From Vampirovibrionaceae bacterium NZW_1234 (GTDB lineage Bacteria; Cyanobacteriota; Vampirovibrionia; Vampirovibrionales; JAGQHJ01), in assembly GCA_041697335.1 (NCBI GenBank), contig JBGUGD010000025.1, positions 4,967 to 68,966 on the forward strand: 64,000 nt of DNA, given 5' to 3'. Both the position numbers and the translations under genes were made by a program. The notes under the pieces are model-generated. The model was not told the origin of the DNA and searched no databases. It saw only the letters and a program-made list of their open reading frames with translations. Below, piece by piece: positions 29,318 through 38,642 of the stretch (position 1 is the first letter of the stretch; every line of letters begins with the position of its first letter).

Positions 29318-30058
29318 CTATTCGTCAGCGCTTTTCGAGTCATCAACGTCCAGTTCCAGCGATTTCTGGTATGGAATTTCGTCTTTGATGAGGATGTCCA
29401 GAAATTCCAGGACTTTCGCCTTATCGCGTTTTGCCTCAGGTCGTGCCAAATTAATAATGAGCCCATTCAGCAGTTTGGTGGGCTTGGTCTTTTCAGCGCC
29501 GAAATTCACCACCTCTTTGCCCTGTTTAAGGGCATCACTTGTCCCTTGTATCAGGCCCAGCGCATAATTGGCTGCTTCGGTAAAGACCTTTTTGCCGTTG
29601 GCTTCCCGGAATTTCTCTCGCTCGGCCCGATTGCCGACAGCCTGCATGAAGATTTTCCGGACCTGATCAAAATGAAACACCAGCGAGCGCTTTTTCCGGG
29701 TAATATACGTGGCTGGCGGATTTTCTTCTTCAACGGTGATGTCCGTTTTCTTGGCTTTTTTGGCGCCTGCAGCCCCCTCGGCTTTTCCGAAGAAGGCGTC
29801 TTTTAGCTTGGCAAGCCAACGGAAGGGGGTGGCCAGGTAGTACAGAAGCGTTGCAAAAAAGCCCCGGGGCTTATCTTCGGCAGGCGTCGCGTCCTTCGAT
29901 GTCTTTTTGGAGGGGGCGGCCTTGTCGGTTTTTTTCTCCGAGCCAAAGCGAATGTCACTCACATCTTGGGCATTGGCCGTTCTCAGAACCGGCCCGGCTT
30001 TCTGTTGTGGGGCAACACCACCGGAAAATGCAGGGTTAAATCCAGTTCTCAAATCCAT
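29318..30058 (-). CDS. Hypothetical protein, MDLRTGF-leader family member B
   Basis: 246-aa ORF with an AAGGAAG RBS. It carries MDLRTGF..AQDV..IRFGSE..ATPFRWLAKL. Confidence 0.65.
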   Translation of the reverse strand: MDLRTGFNPAFSGGVAPQQKAGPVLRTANAQDVSDIRFGSEKKTDKAAPSKKTSKDATPAEDKPRGFFATLLYYLATPFRWLAKLKDAFFGKAEGAAGAKKAKKTDITVEEENPPATYITRKKRSLVFHFDQVRKIFMQAVGNRAEREKFREANGKKVFTEAANYALGLIQGTSDALKQGKEVVNFGAEKTKPTKLLNGLIINLARPEAKRDKAKVLEFLDILIKDEIPYQKSLELDVDDSKSADE

Positions 30059-30442
30059 AGGTCTTCCTTCGGTTGAGGTCTTTTGGGGGTGAAGTACTTG
30101 TAAAACACCCCTGAACCCAATTAATTGATAGTCATGTAATGTTTTGTAAAGTTCAATCCATGCCGACGTGGTGATCCAGGGGCATGGCTCTTTATGTTTT
30201 CTGCCAGGCCCGGGCCTGTGGGCAACCCAATAGGCCGCATGCTGTCTTGGCGTCCGAGGATAACAACCTCACCCAAAACGCAATGGGGGTATCAATGCCT
30301 GTCAGATAGCGCTTTTATGCCAAATTCTAGCGGCTCGCGCAATTTTTCAGAGGGTGCTGTTTTCATTGAGCTACCTCGTTATAGGACTTGAGATGCCACT
30401 GACCGCACGTCGGGCATGGCCATGAATTAAGGAGCTTGGTGT

Positions 30443-30913
30443 ATGAGTTTGGATCCGGTACGCTTTGGAAGCCGAATTTTGTATGTCCCCGTGACGGATG
30501 GTTCTGGGGGAAAAGAAAAAGGGGGCGGCTCCGCAGCCGGTATTCCCAGAGCCGTATTGAACGATGTCTTGAGTAGTGCCAGCAACCATAACCGGGTGGC
30601 GGTTCAAGCCCAATGGCTCAAACATGCCGGTCATGTGCAGGGCCACACTGCTTACATGTCGCCGTCTGCCAAGCCAGAGGGAGCGCCTCATGGCATTCGC
30701 CAGGATTATGTTCAACTCACCCTCACCTCCAAGAACAAGTTGACAGGAGGCCAGCATCCCCACACCTTGCCCTCCACCCCGGACGAGGAAGCCCTGGAAG
30801 AGCATTTGTTAAAACTATTCCGCCGCTTCGGGCTCAACACGTCACCGGCCCCCAGTACCACCCTGGTGGCTGCAGCCCTGCTCCCCGGGACCAAGGTGAA
30901 TGTGAAAGCCTAG
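30443..30913 (+). CDS. Hypothetical protein
   Basis: AAGGAG RBS 8 nt before the ATG. It starts MSLDPVRFGS, carrying the RFGS motif. Confidence 0.5.
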   Translation: MSLDPVRFGSRILYVPVTDGSGGKEKGGGSAAGIPRAVLNDVLSSASNHNRVAVQAQWLKHAGHVQGHTAYMSPSAKPEGAPHGIRQDYVQLTLTSKNKLTGGQHPHTLPSTPDEEALEEHLLKLFRRFGLNTSPAPSTTLVAAALLPGTKVNVKA

Positions 30914-31012
30914 ACAAATTCCCGTTTTGTTTTTCTCCCAACCAAAACAAACCAGACATCGTGTTGCAGGCTCGGCGACACGGTGTTTTGGTTTTTGGGC
31001 AAACTGGGTCGT

Positions 31013-32266
31013 CTAGACGTTCACGGTCCCCCTGTTCCGAGATTGAAACGGGTTGTCCTGACCCGAGGCGGGGTTCTTGGCGATGAAACTTCCCCCGAAA
31101 CAGGTATCCAGGATCATCAGGGTCCGATTGTCGAAATTCTTGAAATGCGTGCCAATCAAGTCTTTCAGGCTGTGCTCATGAAGCATCTGATCCTTTGTTT
31201 TATCGGTCGGATGCGCCAACTGCAATGTGCCGCGATGCATGCCTTCCGGGTCATCCCGATCCACGGCGTTATAGGATTTTGATCGTGAGACGGCATCCGT
31301 GGCATTGGGATTCTTCAGAGTCTCGTTCTTGGGATCCAGAAACCCATGCCCGGAATAATAAATCATGGCCGCCGGGTTCTGGGCTGCATTGGTCTTGCCG
31401 AATTGTTCCATCTTGGCCATGGCCGCTTTCACTTCATCCGGGTTGGTTGCCACATGGATGTCGCTTTCCTTGAGGCCGTAATCTTTTATAAGTCGTTCTT
31501 TCATGGCGGCCAGATCCGTATCGGCGGCTTTATGCCCACTGCCTTTGATGAGTAAGGCGGTTTTCGGATTCTTATCGCTTTTTTTCCAGCCGTCGATTCC
31601 TTGATACTCCGAACTCACGGGCAGGGGTTTACGAGAGCCACCCTCGCCGCCGACTTTACTGCTGGCCTCGTCCAGACGCTTTTGGGCCGGTGCCGTGATG
31701 GCATCGCGTTTTTTCGACCAGTTGTCCCGCAGGTCCTGTTCCGGTTTGATGTCCAGCGCCTGCATCTCTTTCACCTGGGCAATCTGCCGATCCAGCTCGG
31801 CAACATCCTTAAGCCGCTTATCCTTTTCGGCTTCGGCCCGCCGTTGTTGCAACGATTTCAGCGACGGGGCATATTTTTCGGAGGTTTTGTCAATCTTCCT
31901 TTCAGCCTCATGAACCCCGGCATCGGCCTCTTTGTAGGCAGGTGTCCGCTTTACATTGTTGAGGGCTCTGCTGGCTTCGCGCTCTTGGTGGTTGTTATTC
32001 CAGGTTTCCTGCTCAAACCGATCATGGGCTTGTTGAAAGGAATCGCTCTCATTCAAGCCTTTTAAGAGTTGCTCCGTATAAAACCCGCCTTTATAGGGTG
32101 CTTTGGAGTTTAAATACCGGCTGTCGTAAGTTTCCTGTCCCTGGCGACCTGCGGAAAGAACAGCCATCCGAATGGGATAGGGTTTGTCCGGATCAGTGGT
32201 CGCACGCGTGTATCCCGAAGGTGCTTTCGCACGTTTCACATCTGACATAGCCTTGTCTCTCATCAT
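31013..32266 (-). CDS. Caspase-like (peptidase C14 fold) protein with a charged coiled-coil insert
   Basis: MIYYSGHG (His307, codon 31346-31348) and LMILDTCFGG (Cys389, codon 31100-31102) form a His-then-Cys dyad in a caspase-type context. KTALLIKGSG..DTDLAAMKERL precedes them. Confidence 0.65.
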   Translation of the reverse strand: MMRDKAMSDVKRAKAPSGYTRATTDPDKPYPIRMAVLSAGRQGQETYDSRYLNSKAPYKGGFYTEQLLKGLNESDSFQQAHDRFEQETWNNNHQEREASRALNNVKRTPAYKEADAGVHEAERKIDKTSEKYAPSLKSLQQRRAEAEKDKRLKDVAELDRQIAQVKEMQALDIKPEQDLRDNWSKKRDAITAPAQKRLDEASSKVGGEGGSRKPLPVSSEYQGIDGWKKSDKNPKTALLIKGSGHKAADTDLAAMKERLIKDYGLKESDIHVATNPDEVKAAMAKMEQFGKTNAAQNPAAMIYYSGHGFLDPKNETLKNPNATDAVSRSKSYNAVDRDDPEGMHRGTLQLAHPTDKTKDQMLHEHSLKDLIGTHFKNFDNRTLMILDTCFGGSFIAKNPASGQDNPFQSRNRGTVNV

Positions 32267-32412
32267 TAATAAATGATGTCTATATTAAAACGGGCTTTGA
32301 GATAGTGATGCCGAAAGAAATTCTTAGGAATGGGGCCGGCCCGTGACGGGTACAATGTTGGCTCCCTGCACCTGCCCTCTCGGCCTGTGACAGGTGAATT
32401 GGGCTGTTGTCC

Positions 32413-33108
32413 CTAGTATTTCAGCCAAAGCGGATCCCATTCCGGACGAGGGGTCCATACCGGACCATTGTACTGGTGAATGTATTGTCCCCCCCAGAAA
32501 CCGTCGGTATCGGTGCGGGCATTGCGTTGGCTGGTGACTTGGCCGTTATGATACAGGTGAATCTGGACCCCCTTGCTTCGGCCATTCGCCCGAGCGGCAT
32601 CCTTGGCCTTGCCGTCGGGATCGAGGACAACGAACACCATATTCTTCGGCTTGGTGCCCCCGAACTTGTTGTCGACCCAATAAAACAAGACACCGCCATT
32701 GTAGAGCTTAACGCATTTGCCAGGGACCCCATTAAAGGTGGTTGAGCCATTGCACGAGAGCGTTTTGTATTGCGGCTGGACATCCGCCCCGGCCCGATTA
32801 TCGATGACCGAGGTGGTATCCGGCCCCAAGGTGTTCATGTACTTGAGAATATCGTCCATGGTGGTATCGGCCGTGGGCTTGTGATGATTGCAATACTCCT
32901 CATAGGTCTGGCTCAGACTGGTGATGAACTCCCGGTAAACCGCCAGGCTACGGCCGCTCTGGCTGGATTCCATGACCTTGGGGATGGCAAACATGGCAAC
33001 GATGCCGAGAATTCCAACGGCCATCAGCAGTTCCGTGAGAGTAAATCCGGGTCGGGAGGTCCTTTTACGGCGAGAAACAGAGCGAGAAAAAGAGAAAAGG
33101 GGTGTCAT
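32413..33108 (-). CDS. Prepilin-type N-terminal cleavage/methylation domain protein (type IV pilin or pseudopilin-like)
   Basis: SRPGFTLTELLMAVGILGIVAMFAIP is a class III signal (G|FTLxE). The chosen start is ATG 33108 (MTPLFS); the ORF-track start at 33276 is unlikely. Confidence 0.75.
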   Translation of the reverse strand: MTPLFSFSRSVSRRKRTSRPGFTLTELLMAVGILGIVAMFAIPKVMESSQSGRSLAVYREFITSLSQTYEEYCNHHKPTADTTMDDILKYMNTLGPDTTSVIDNRAGADVQPQYKTLSCNGSTTFNGVPGKCVKLYNGGVLFYWVDNKFGGTKPKNMVFVVLDPDGKAKDAARANGRSKGVQIHLYHNGQVTSQRNARTDTDGFWGGQYIHQYNGPVWTPRPEWDPLWLKY

Positions 33109-33550
33109 GACCAAAGGTGTCTCCAAGGCGGGTTTCGTCCTGTCGTCATGCTTTCGGTTGGTGTTTCCGGAATCTTGATAATCTGCGAAGAACCTCCTCC
33201 AGATGCCTTGGATGACACCAAGGCAAAAAAAAACCGTACCTTTTGGGATACGGCTACTACTTTCATTGGAAAACAAGAAAGGAGGAAGGAAAGAAGAAGA
33301 AGATTTGTATAACCACCTTCTTATACTTTAACTATTCCCACCCCCAATATCCTCTAAACGGATTGTTTCAATAACGTTACAATCGGATCCGAAATTCCCG
33401 TGGGGGCGCATTTTGGTCTGGAGTTACTCCTTGAATGTCACCCCGGCCTATGGGATACTTTTGCCGGGATCGGTTTCTGCAAGGCGACCCTGCCCCCGGA
33501 AATCCGATTCATCCCTGTTTAGGCTTTAAACACATGAAGGAAGGGCGAGA

Positions 33551-34825
33551 ATGGCCGTGGAACAAGCAACAAAGAACGACATTAAAGCGCTGTATTCCGA
33601 AAGCATTCGGGATATGGAAACCTATATTATGTTTCGGATTGCCAAGCGGGTTGCCGAGCTGACCCCGGAATTGACCGCCAAAGGCCGTGCGCCCATCCGA
33701 CTGAGCATGGGTGCCCCGGTGGTCGATCCGCCAAAGGTTCTCATCGACTACCTGAAGTCCGCCTTGGACGAACCCGGCATGTCCACCTACTCCACCCCCA
33801 AGGGTGAAATGTTCTACCTCAACGCCGTAGCTGAGCGGATGAAGCGTCGCTTCGGGGTCGAGATCGATCCCAAGACCGAAGCCTGCTCGTTGATTGGTTC
33901 TAAAGAAGGTCTGGCCAACATCTTTCGGGCCATCATCTCCTACCGCACCAATCCGGCGGAACAGGATGTGGTGATGGTGCCGGATCCCGGCTATGCCTCC
34001 TACGTGGACGCCATCAAGATCTGTGGCGGCTACCCGTACGCCATGCGTCTGGCTCCCGAAAACCAATACAAACCCGACTTTGAAACCTTGTTAGAGGACA
34101 TGAAAGCCCAGGGCATCACCCCGGATCGCATCAAGGGCCTCATCCTCAACTACCCCAGCAACCCCATCGGGGCACTGGCCGGCATGGACTATTACCAAAA
34201 GGCCGTGGATTTCTGCCGCAAGTACAATATCCTGCTCATTAACGACATTGCCTACGCCGATGTCTATTTCCCCGGAGAAGAACCGCCCCACAGCATTCTG
34301 GAAATCCCGGGAGCCAAGGACATTACCATCGAGTTTCACAGCTTGAGCAAACCTTATGCCACCACCGGCTGGCGCCTGGGCTTTGCCGTCGGTCACCGCG
34401 ATGCCATTGACGCCCTGGAACGGGTTAAAGGCACCCTGGACAGCGGCTTGTTCAAGGCCATGCAAAAGGCCGGGGCCTTTATGATGAACAGCCCCGAGTG
34501 CGAGGTCTTCGTTCATGAGCAAAACCGTCAATACCAGCGCAACCAGGAAGAAATGCTGGCCGGGCTGAAAACCCTGGGCTGGCCCGTCGAGGAAATGGCG
34601 CCCCCGAAAGCTACGTTCTACCTGTGGATGCCCATTCCGCCCCGGTACAAAACCGCCACCGAGTTCTGCAACGAACTGATGGAAAAATCCGGTGTCGTGG
34701 CAGTTCCCGGAACCGCCTTCGGGCAATACGGCGAAGGGTTCTTCCGGATGTCCCTGGTGGACACCCCGGACAACCTCAAGCAGGTCATCAGCCGGATGAA
34801 AGAAGACGGGTTCACCTTTAACTAG
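33551..34825 (+). CDS. Class I/II PLP-dependent aminotransferase (possibly LL-diaminopimelate aminotransferase-like)
   Basis: SLSKPYATTGWRLGFAVG is the PLP-lysine motif. NYPSNPIG is present. The N-terminal YIMFRIAKRV resembles the DapL-type YLFxEIxxRV. Confidence 0.8.
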   Translation: MAVEQATKNDIKALYSESIRDMETYIMFRIAKRVAELTPELTAKGRAPIRLSMGAPVVDPPKVLIDYLKSALDEPGMSTYSTPKGEMFYLNAVAERMKRRFGVEIDPKTEACSLIGSKEGLANIFRAIISYRTNPAEQDVVMVPDPGYASYVDAIKICGGYPYAMRLAPENQYKPDFETLLEDMKAQGITPDRIKGLILNYPSNPIGALAGMDYYQKAVDFCRKYNILLINDIAYADVYFPGEEPPHSILEIPGAKDITIEFHSLSKPYATTGWRLGFAVGHRDAIDALERVKGTLDSGLFKAMQKAGAFMMNSPECEVFVHEQNRQYQRNQEEMLAGLKTLGWPVEEMAPPKATFYLWMPIPPRYKTATEFCNELMEKSGVVAVPGTAFGQYGEGFFRMSLVDTPDNLKQVISRMKEDGFTFN

Positions 34826-34846
34826 TCTCGAAACCTTTTTAATGAC

Positions 34847-34885
34847 GAACCCCCCTTGGCAGTGTCGAGGGGGGTTCGCTTTATA
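34847..34885. terminator. Bidirectional terminator hairpin between convergent genes
   Basis: CGAACCCCCCT..GAGGGGGGTTCG followed by CTTTATAA. Confidence 0.5.
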
Positions 34886-34897
34886 AGAATAATTGCG

Positions 34898-35521
34898 CTA
34901 CGCCTGCGGGGGATTTCCAAAGAGTTTGTCCAGCAGGGCCCCAATGGTGGATCCGGCCTTTTGGGCTTGAGCCACTAAATTAACCAGGGTTTGCGGTTTA
35001 ACGACAATGCCGTCCAGCTTAACGGCTTCCTGGATGCCGGAGGTTGCGGAGGCAGGTATTTTGGCGGCGGTCACCCGGCCCAGTTGTTCAGATAAGGCAT
35101 CAATGTCGGCTTGGGTGGGAAGGCGTAAGACGTCATTTCCTTGCAAACTGCCCAGATTGTCGTCATCGATCTTTACAATCCCCAAGGCTCCCAGATACCG
35201 GGCGGACTCGTAAAGGTCACTGAATTCCAGCGGCTTCCGGATCTTCCATTCTTGAGGGCGTAATTCGCTGAAGCTGGGGAGCCGAAAACCAGTTCCCCAC
35301 CCATTTTCCATCATGCTTTCGGCGAGCCAGATGGCTGTAATCAGAAGCTTTGCTTTGGTTGTGTTTCGGCTGCCGGATTCCTTTAACAGATACACCGGTT
35401 TCAAATCCGGCTGTGTGTCCAGAAGCTCATGAACGGGAATCGGTTTTGACGTCGAGCGGGCCGAGCCGAATCGGGCGGGCGCCGGAGGGCTCATTCTCGG
35501 GTGGAAGGCAAGTTTCATCAT
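34898..35521 (-). CDS. Hypothetical protein
   Basis: ORF 34898..35617. The ATG pair at 35521/35518 (MMKLAFHPRMSPPAPARFGSARS) is the preferred start. Confidence 0.5.
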   Translation of the reverse strand: MMKLAFHPRMSPPAPARFGSARSTSKPIPVHELLDTQPDLKPVYLLKESGSRNTTKAKLLITAIWLAESMMENGWGTGFRLPSFSELRPQEWKIRKPLEFSDLYESARYLGALGIVKIDDDNLGSLQGNDVLRLPTQADIDALSEQLGRVTAAKIPASATSGIQEAVKLDGIVVKPQTLVNLVAQAQKAGSTIGALLDKLFGNPPQA

Positions 35522-35969
35522 GGGGTAAGTCCGATCCTCATCATCACAATCTAAAGCAGGGGGTCGCGTTGCGACTGTCGTTACGGTATCAAAAAAGGTG
35601 GGCCTGATAAATCGCAAGAGTAATAAATCGCAAGAGTCAACGAGTGTGGAAATGTCCCCCCCAGCTTTGTCAGCAGAAATTGACGGTGATACCCATTTCC
35701 TTCGATGGGTAAAACGCCATGAGAGTAGGTAAAATTAGCGAAGATCTCCTAAGAAAAAGCTCTAATAGAATAAAATATCTATGTTTATGGCTGAAAATAG
35801 TTATAAATAGATGAAAATGTTGCTTTAAACACGTTTAAGAACGAATAGACATGGGAATAATACCCATAAAGAAGGTCTTTTAAAAAGGTTCCATATGCTT
35901 CTCCACTCTCCTCAACCTACATCACTATCAATCCAGTCCGTCAATATCTGTATTGATTGTATGGATACC

Positions 35970-36196
35970 CACCGTGTGGCCAATTTGGCCACACGGTGCT
36001 TTTGGTTGTCGTGTCCGCGGGTGACCGTGGTTCAAGGATTAGGTAAAACCGAAGATTTATCGGCATGGGACCGTGCGGACAAATTGTCCGCACGGTGGAA
36101 CCGCCCTCGAATGCTCCCTTCAAGGGCCTTATTGGATGTGTGTGTGGTGTGAACGTTGCCATCAACGCGCCGTGTGGACACGATGTTCACACGGTG
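35970..36196. repeat. Three related palindromic hairpins phased at 99 bp
   Basis: H1 35970-35998 is CACCGTGTGGCCAA-T-TTGGCCACACGGTG. H2 36070-36096 is ACCGTGCGGACAA-A-TTGTCCGCACGGT. H3 36168-36196 is CGCCGTGTGGACA-CGA-TGTTCACACGGTG. Centres are at 35984, 36083 and 36182. Confidence 0.8.
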
Positions 36197-36357
36197 ACCA
36201 CCCCATCGGGGCCAATCTGAATTAGTTAACAAATAAATGAATATTTAAACCCAGGCTGATCCCGGCCTCCGGGAGAAGTGTCGCTCGGAAAACAAGCGAA
36301 GGAGGATAAACCAGTCATGATAAAGATGAGAAATTGGAAAGCATAAGGAAGACCTTG

Positions 36358-37353
36358 ATGTGGCCTAGGCTTGTGAGGGATCATGAAGGTATTGTGAACC
36401 CAGGAACGCGAATCAATCCCCACCATTTTCGAGCACGAGGCTCAGCCTTCCTTGTGCTGATGCTGGCCTTCGTTTTGGTCCTCTCCATTTGGCGGTGGTT
36501 TTTGCCCCATATGGGCTACCCGCTCTCGGTGACGCCGGAGCCTCAGCTCTCAAACCCTCAGGTCACCTGTAATGCCTTCGCCGCCATTGGTGATAACGGC
36601 TCCGGCTACCCGGCCCAGTATCGCCTGGCGGATGAAATGGCCCGGGAATACCAACGACAACCTTATTGTCTGGTGATGATGTTGGGGGACAGCATCTACC
36701 CCGATGGCAACGTCAAGAAATACGGGGAGCAGCGATTTACCAAACCGTATCGTTATTTATTGGATCGCCATGTGGCCTTCTGGCCGGTCTTGGGCAACCA
36801 CGACGTTCTGGGAGGCTATGCCGATGATGTGATGGCGTTTTTCAAGATGCCGGGCACCTATTACCAGGCCCGTGTCGGCTTGGCCCATATCATCGCCCTG
36901 GACACCAACCGTTTCGATGCCACCCAACGGCAGTGGCTGGAAAAGACCCTGAAAGGGTCGACATCCCCATGGAAAATAGTATACGGCCATCATCCCGTGG
37001 TGGCCTCGGGCTTTCACCATGTCCCCCGGCATATGGTCACCGAGATAAAGCCGTTGTTGGAGCAGTACAACGTGGATCTGTATCTGTGCGGGCACAATCA
37101 TCATTACGAGCGAAGTCGCTCCGTAAACGGGGTAACTTATGTGGTATCCGGCGGCGGCGGGGCTCGAACCCATTTCTTTCGGCGAACCCACCCCGATTCA
37201 TTGGTTCGTATCCGAAGCCATGAGTTTCTTCGCATCGATGTCGACCCACAAACATTGACCTTAAAGGCCATTAATCCGCAAGGCGAGGTTATCGACCGTC
37301 TGACGCTGGAAAAACCCCAAACCTCCGATTTCAATCCCCTGACCAGCCAATAG
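36358..37353 (+). CDS. Calcineurin-like metallophosphoesterase (purple-acid-phosphatase-like), membrane-anchored
   Basis: GDNGSG, GDSIYPDG, GNHD, GHHP and GHNHHYER motifs. ATG 36358 follows AAGGAAG. N-terminal TM segment. Confidence 0.8.
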   Translation: MWPRLVRDHEGIVNPGTRINPHHFRARGSAFLVLMLAFVLVLSIWRWFLPHMGYPLSVTPEPQLSNPQVTCNAFAAIGDNGSGYPAQYRLADEMAREYQRQPYCLVMMLGDSIYPDGNVKKYGEQRFTKPYRYLLDRHVAFWPVLGNHDVLGGYADDVMAFFKMPGTYYQARVGLAHIIALDTNRFDATQRQWLEKTLKGSTSPWKIVYGHHPVVASGFHHVPRHMVTEIKPLLEQYNVDLYLCGHNHHYERSRSVNGVTYVVSGGGGARTHFFRRTHPDSLVRIRSHEFLRIDVDPQTLTLKAINPQGEVIDRLTLEKPQTSDFNPLTSQ

Positions 37354-37668
37354 TGCTTTGCCATTGGCCTGAGCATAATTTGGGTGACCAAAACAATAAA
37401 CGAGGGGCCTGCTTACCCGGGGAATACCCGGCCGATGTCGACTCAGACGTGAATGGGTGCGGCATTTTATGACCAAATGACAAGTCCGTGGCCGATGCTC
37501 ACAGGTATCCTCGGGGGTATCCGCCCTGAATCCCCGTTAGCGGCCTGGGGGGCGCATCTGTATCTGATTCTTTTACTCTTTGAACGGATTTTTGCTTGTG
37601 GTATAGTTACGACGTCTAAGAATTGAAGTTCAGTAAACGTACGATTAAACTGAGGAGGAGGTTCGTTA

Positions 37669-38610
37669 GTGGTAGTAACAGCAGAAAGAACGACTATGAA
37701 AGGCACTATGACACCTGTTCGTCGCGTAACCCTTAATGAAATGGACCACTTGTCCATTGGTAAAAAAGCTCGGTTGCACCGGCTCTTGTACCAACATGGC
37801 CCGGGTAACGGCACCATGTTGTTGTTGCCCATCGACCAAGGCTTAGAGCACGGTCCGATTGACTTCTTTGATAATCCGGAATCGGCCGATCCCGATTTTC
37901 AATGCCGTTTGGCTCTGGAAGCCGGTTACTCCGGTATCGTGTTCCACTTCGGCCTCGCTGAAAAGTATATGAAACCCTACGCCGGCAAGGTTCCCCTGGT
38001 GGTGAAGCTCAATGGCAAAACCGCCATTCCTTCCGACACCGATGCATTTTCGACCCTGACCGGGACCGTTGAGGATGCCGTTCGCCTGGGCGCCGATGCC
38101 ATTGGCTACACCCTCTACGTCGGTTCTCCGTCCCAGGATCGGGATATCGAACAGTTCACCGCCGTTCGCAACGAAGCCGATCGCTTTGGCATCCCCACCA
38201 TCGTCTGGGCCTACCCCCGTGGTGAGTTCGTCGAGAAAAAAGGCGGCAAGGACAGCTTGTATGCCATCGACTACGCTGCCCGTGTGGCGTGCGAAGTGGG
38301 CGCCGATGTCGTGAAAATCAACATTCCTGTTGAAAATAACCCCAAGAAAAACGACGAACCCGGCGAATACAAATCCTTGAACCTGTCTCTGGAAGAAGGG
38401 ATGCAAAAAGTGGTCCGCTCTGCAGGCAAGACCATGGTGCTCTTCTCCGGCGGCAGCAAAGTCAACGACCAGGATTTGATGGATAAAGCTCGCTTGTCGA
38501 TGGAAGCTGGCGCAACCGGCCTGATCTTCGGCCGCAACATGTGGCAGCGCCCCATGGAGCAAGCTCTGGAGGTTAGTCTCCAGGTTAAAAAGATGATGCA
38601 AACGTTTTAA
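37669..38610 (+). CDS. Class I fructose-bisphosphate aldolase (FbaB/DhnA-type, DeoC superfamily)
   Basis: LLLPIDQGLEHGP resembles E. coli FbaB SILPVDQGVEH. ADVVKINIP is the candidate Schiff-base lysine context. GTG start after GAGGAGGAGG. Confidence 0.78.
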   Translation: MVVTAERTTMKGTMTPVRRVTLNEMDHLSIGKKARLHRLLYQHGPGNGTMLLLPIDQGLEHGPIDFFDNPESADPDFQCRLALEAGYSGIVFHFGLAEKYMKPYAGKVPLVVKLNGKTAIPSDTDAFSTLTGTVEDAVRLGADAIGYTLYVGSPSQDRDIEQFTAVRNEADRFGIPTIVWAYPRGEFVEKKGGKDSLYAIDYAARVACEVGADVVKINIPVENNPKKNDEPGEYKSLNLSLEEGMQKVVRSAGKTMVLFSGGSKVNDQDLMDKARLSMEAGATGLIFGRNMWQRPMEQALEVSLQVKKMMQTF

Positions 38611-38642
38611 TCCGGTACCCTGCCTTGGAGGAACAAACAACG

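Noticed and set aside
30371-31086. ORFs 30371..30805(-) and 30613..31086(+)
   Set aside because: They overlap the 30443..30913 ORF, which has a canonical AAGGAG RBS and the recurrent RFGS N-terminal motif. The alternatives lack an RBS and are Arg/Pro/Gly-rich.
35895-36152. 85-aa plus-strand ORF spanning hairpins H1-H2 (and minus ORFs 35941..36232)
   Set aside because: The reading frames run straight through perfect palindromes. No RBS is present, and the composition is Cys/Arg-rich, as expected from the hairpin sequences.
35970-36196. The hairpin array as a CRISPR array
   Set aside because: There are only three units. Each is a full palindrome rather than a direct repeat, the units differ from one another, the period is 99 bp, and no cas genes are in the window.
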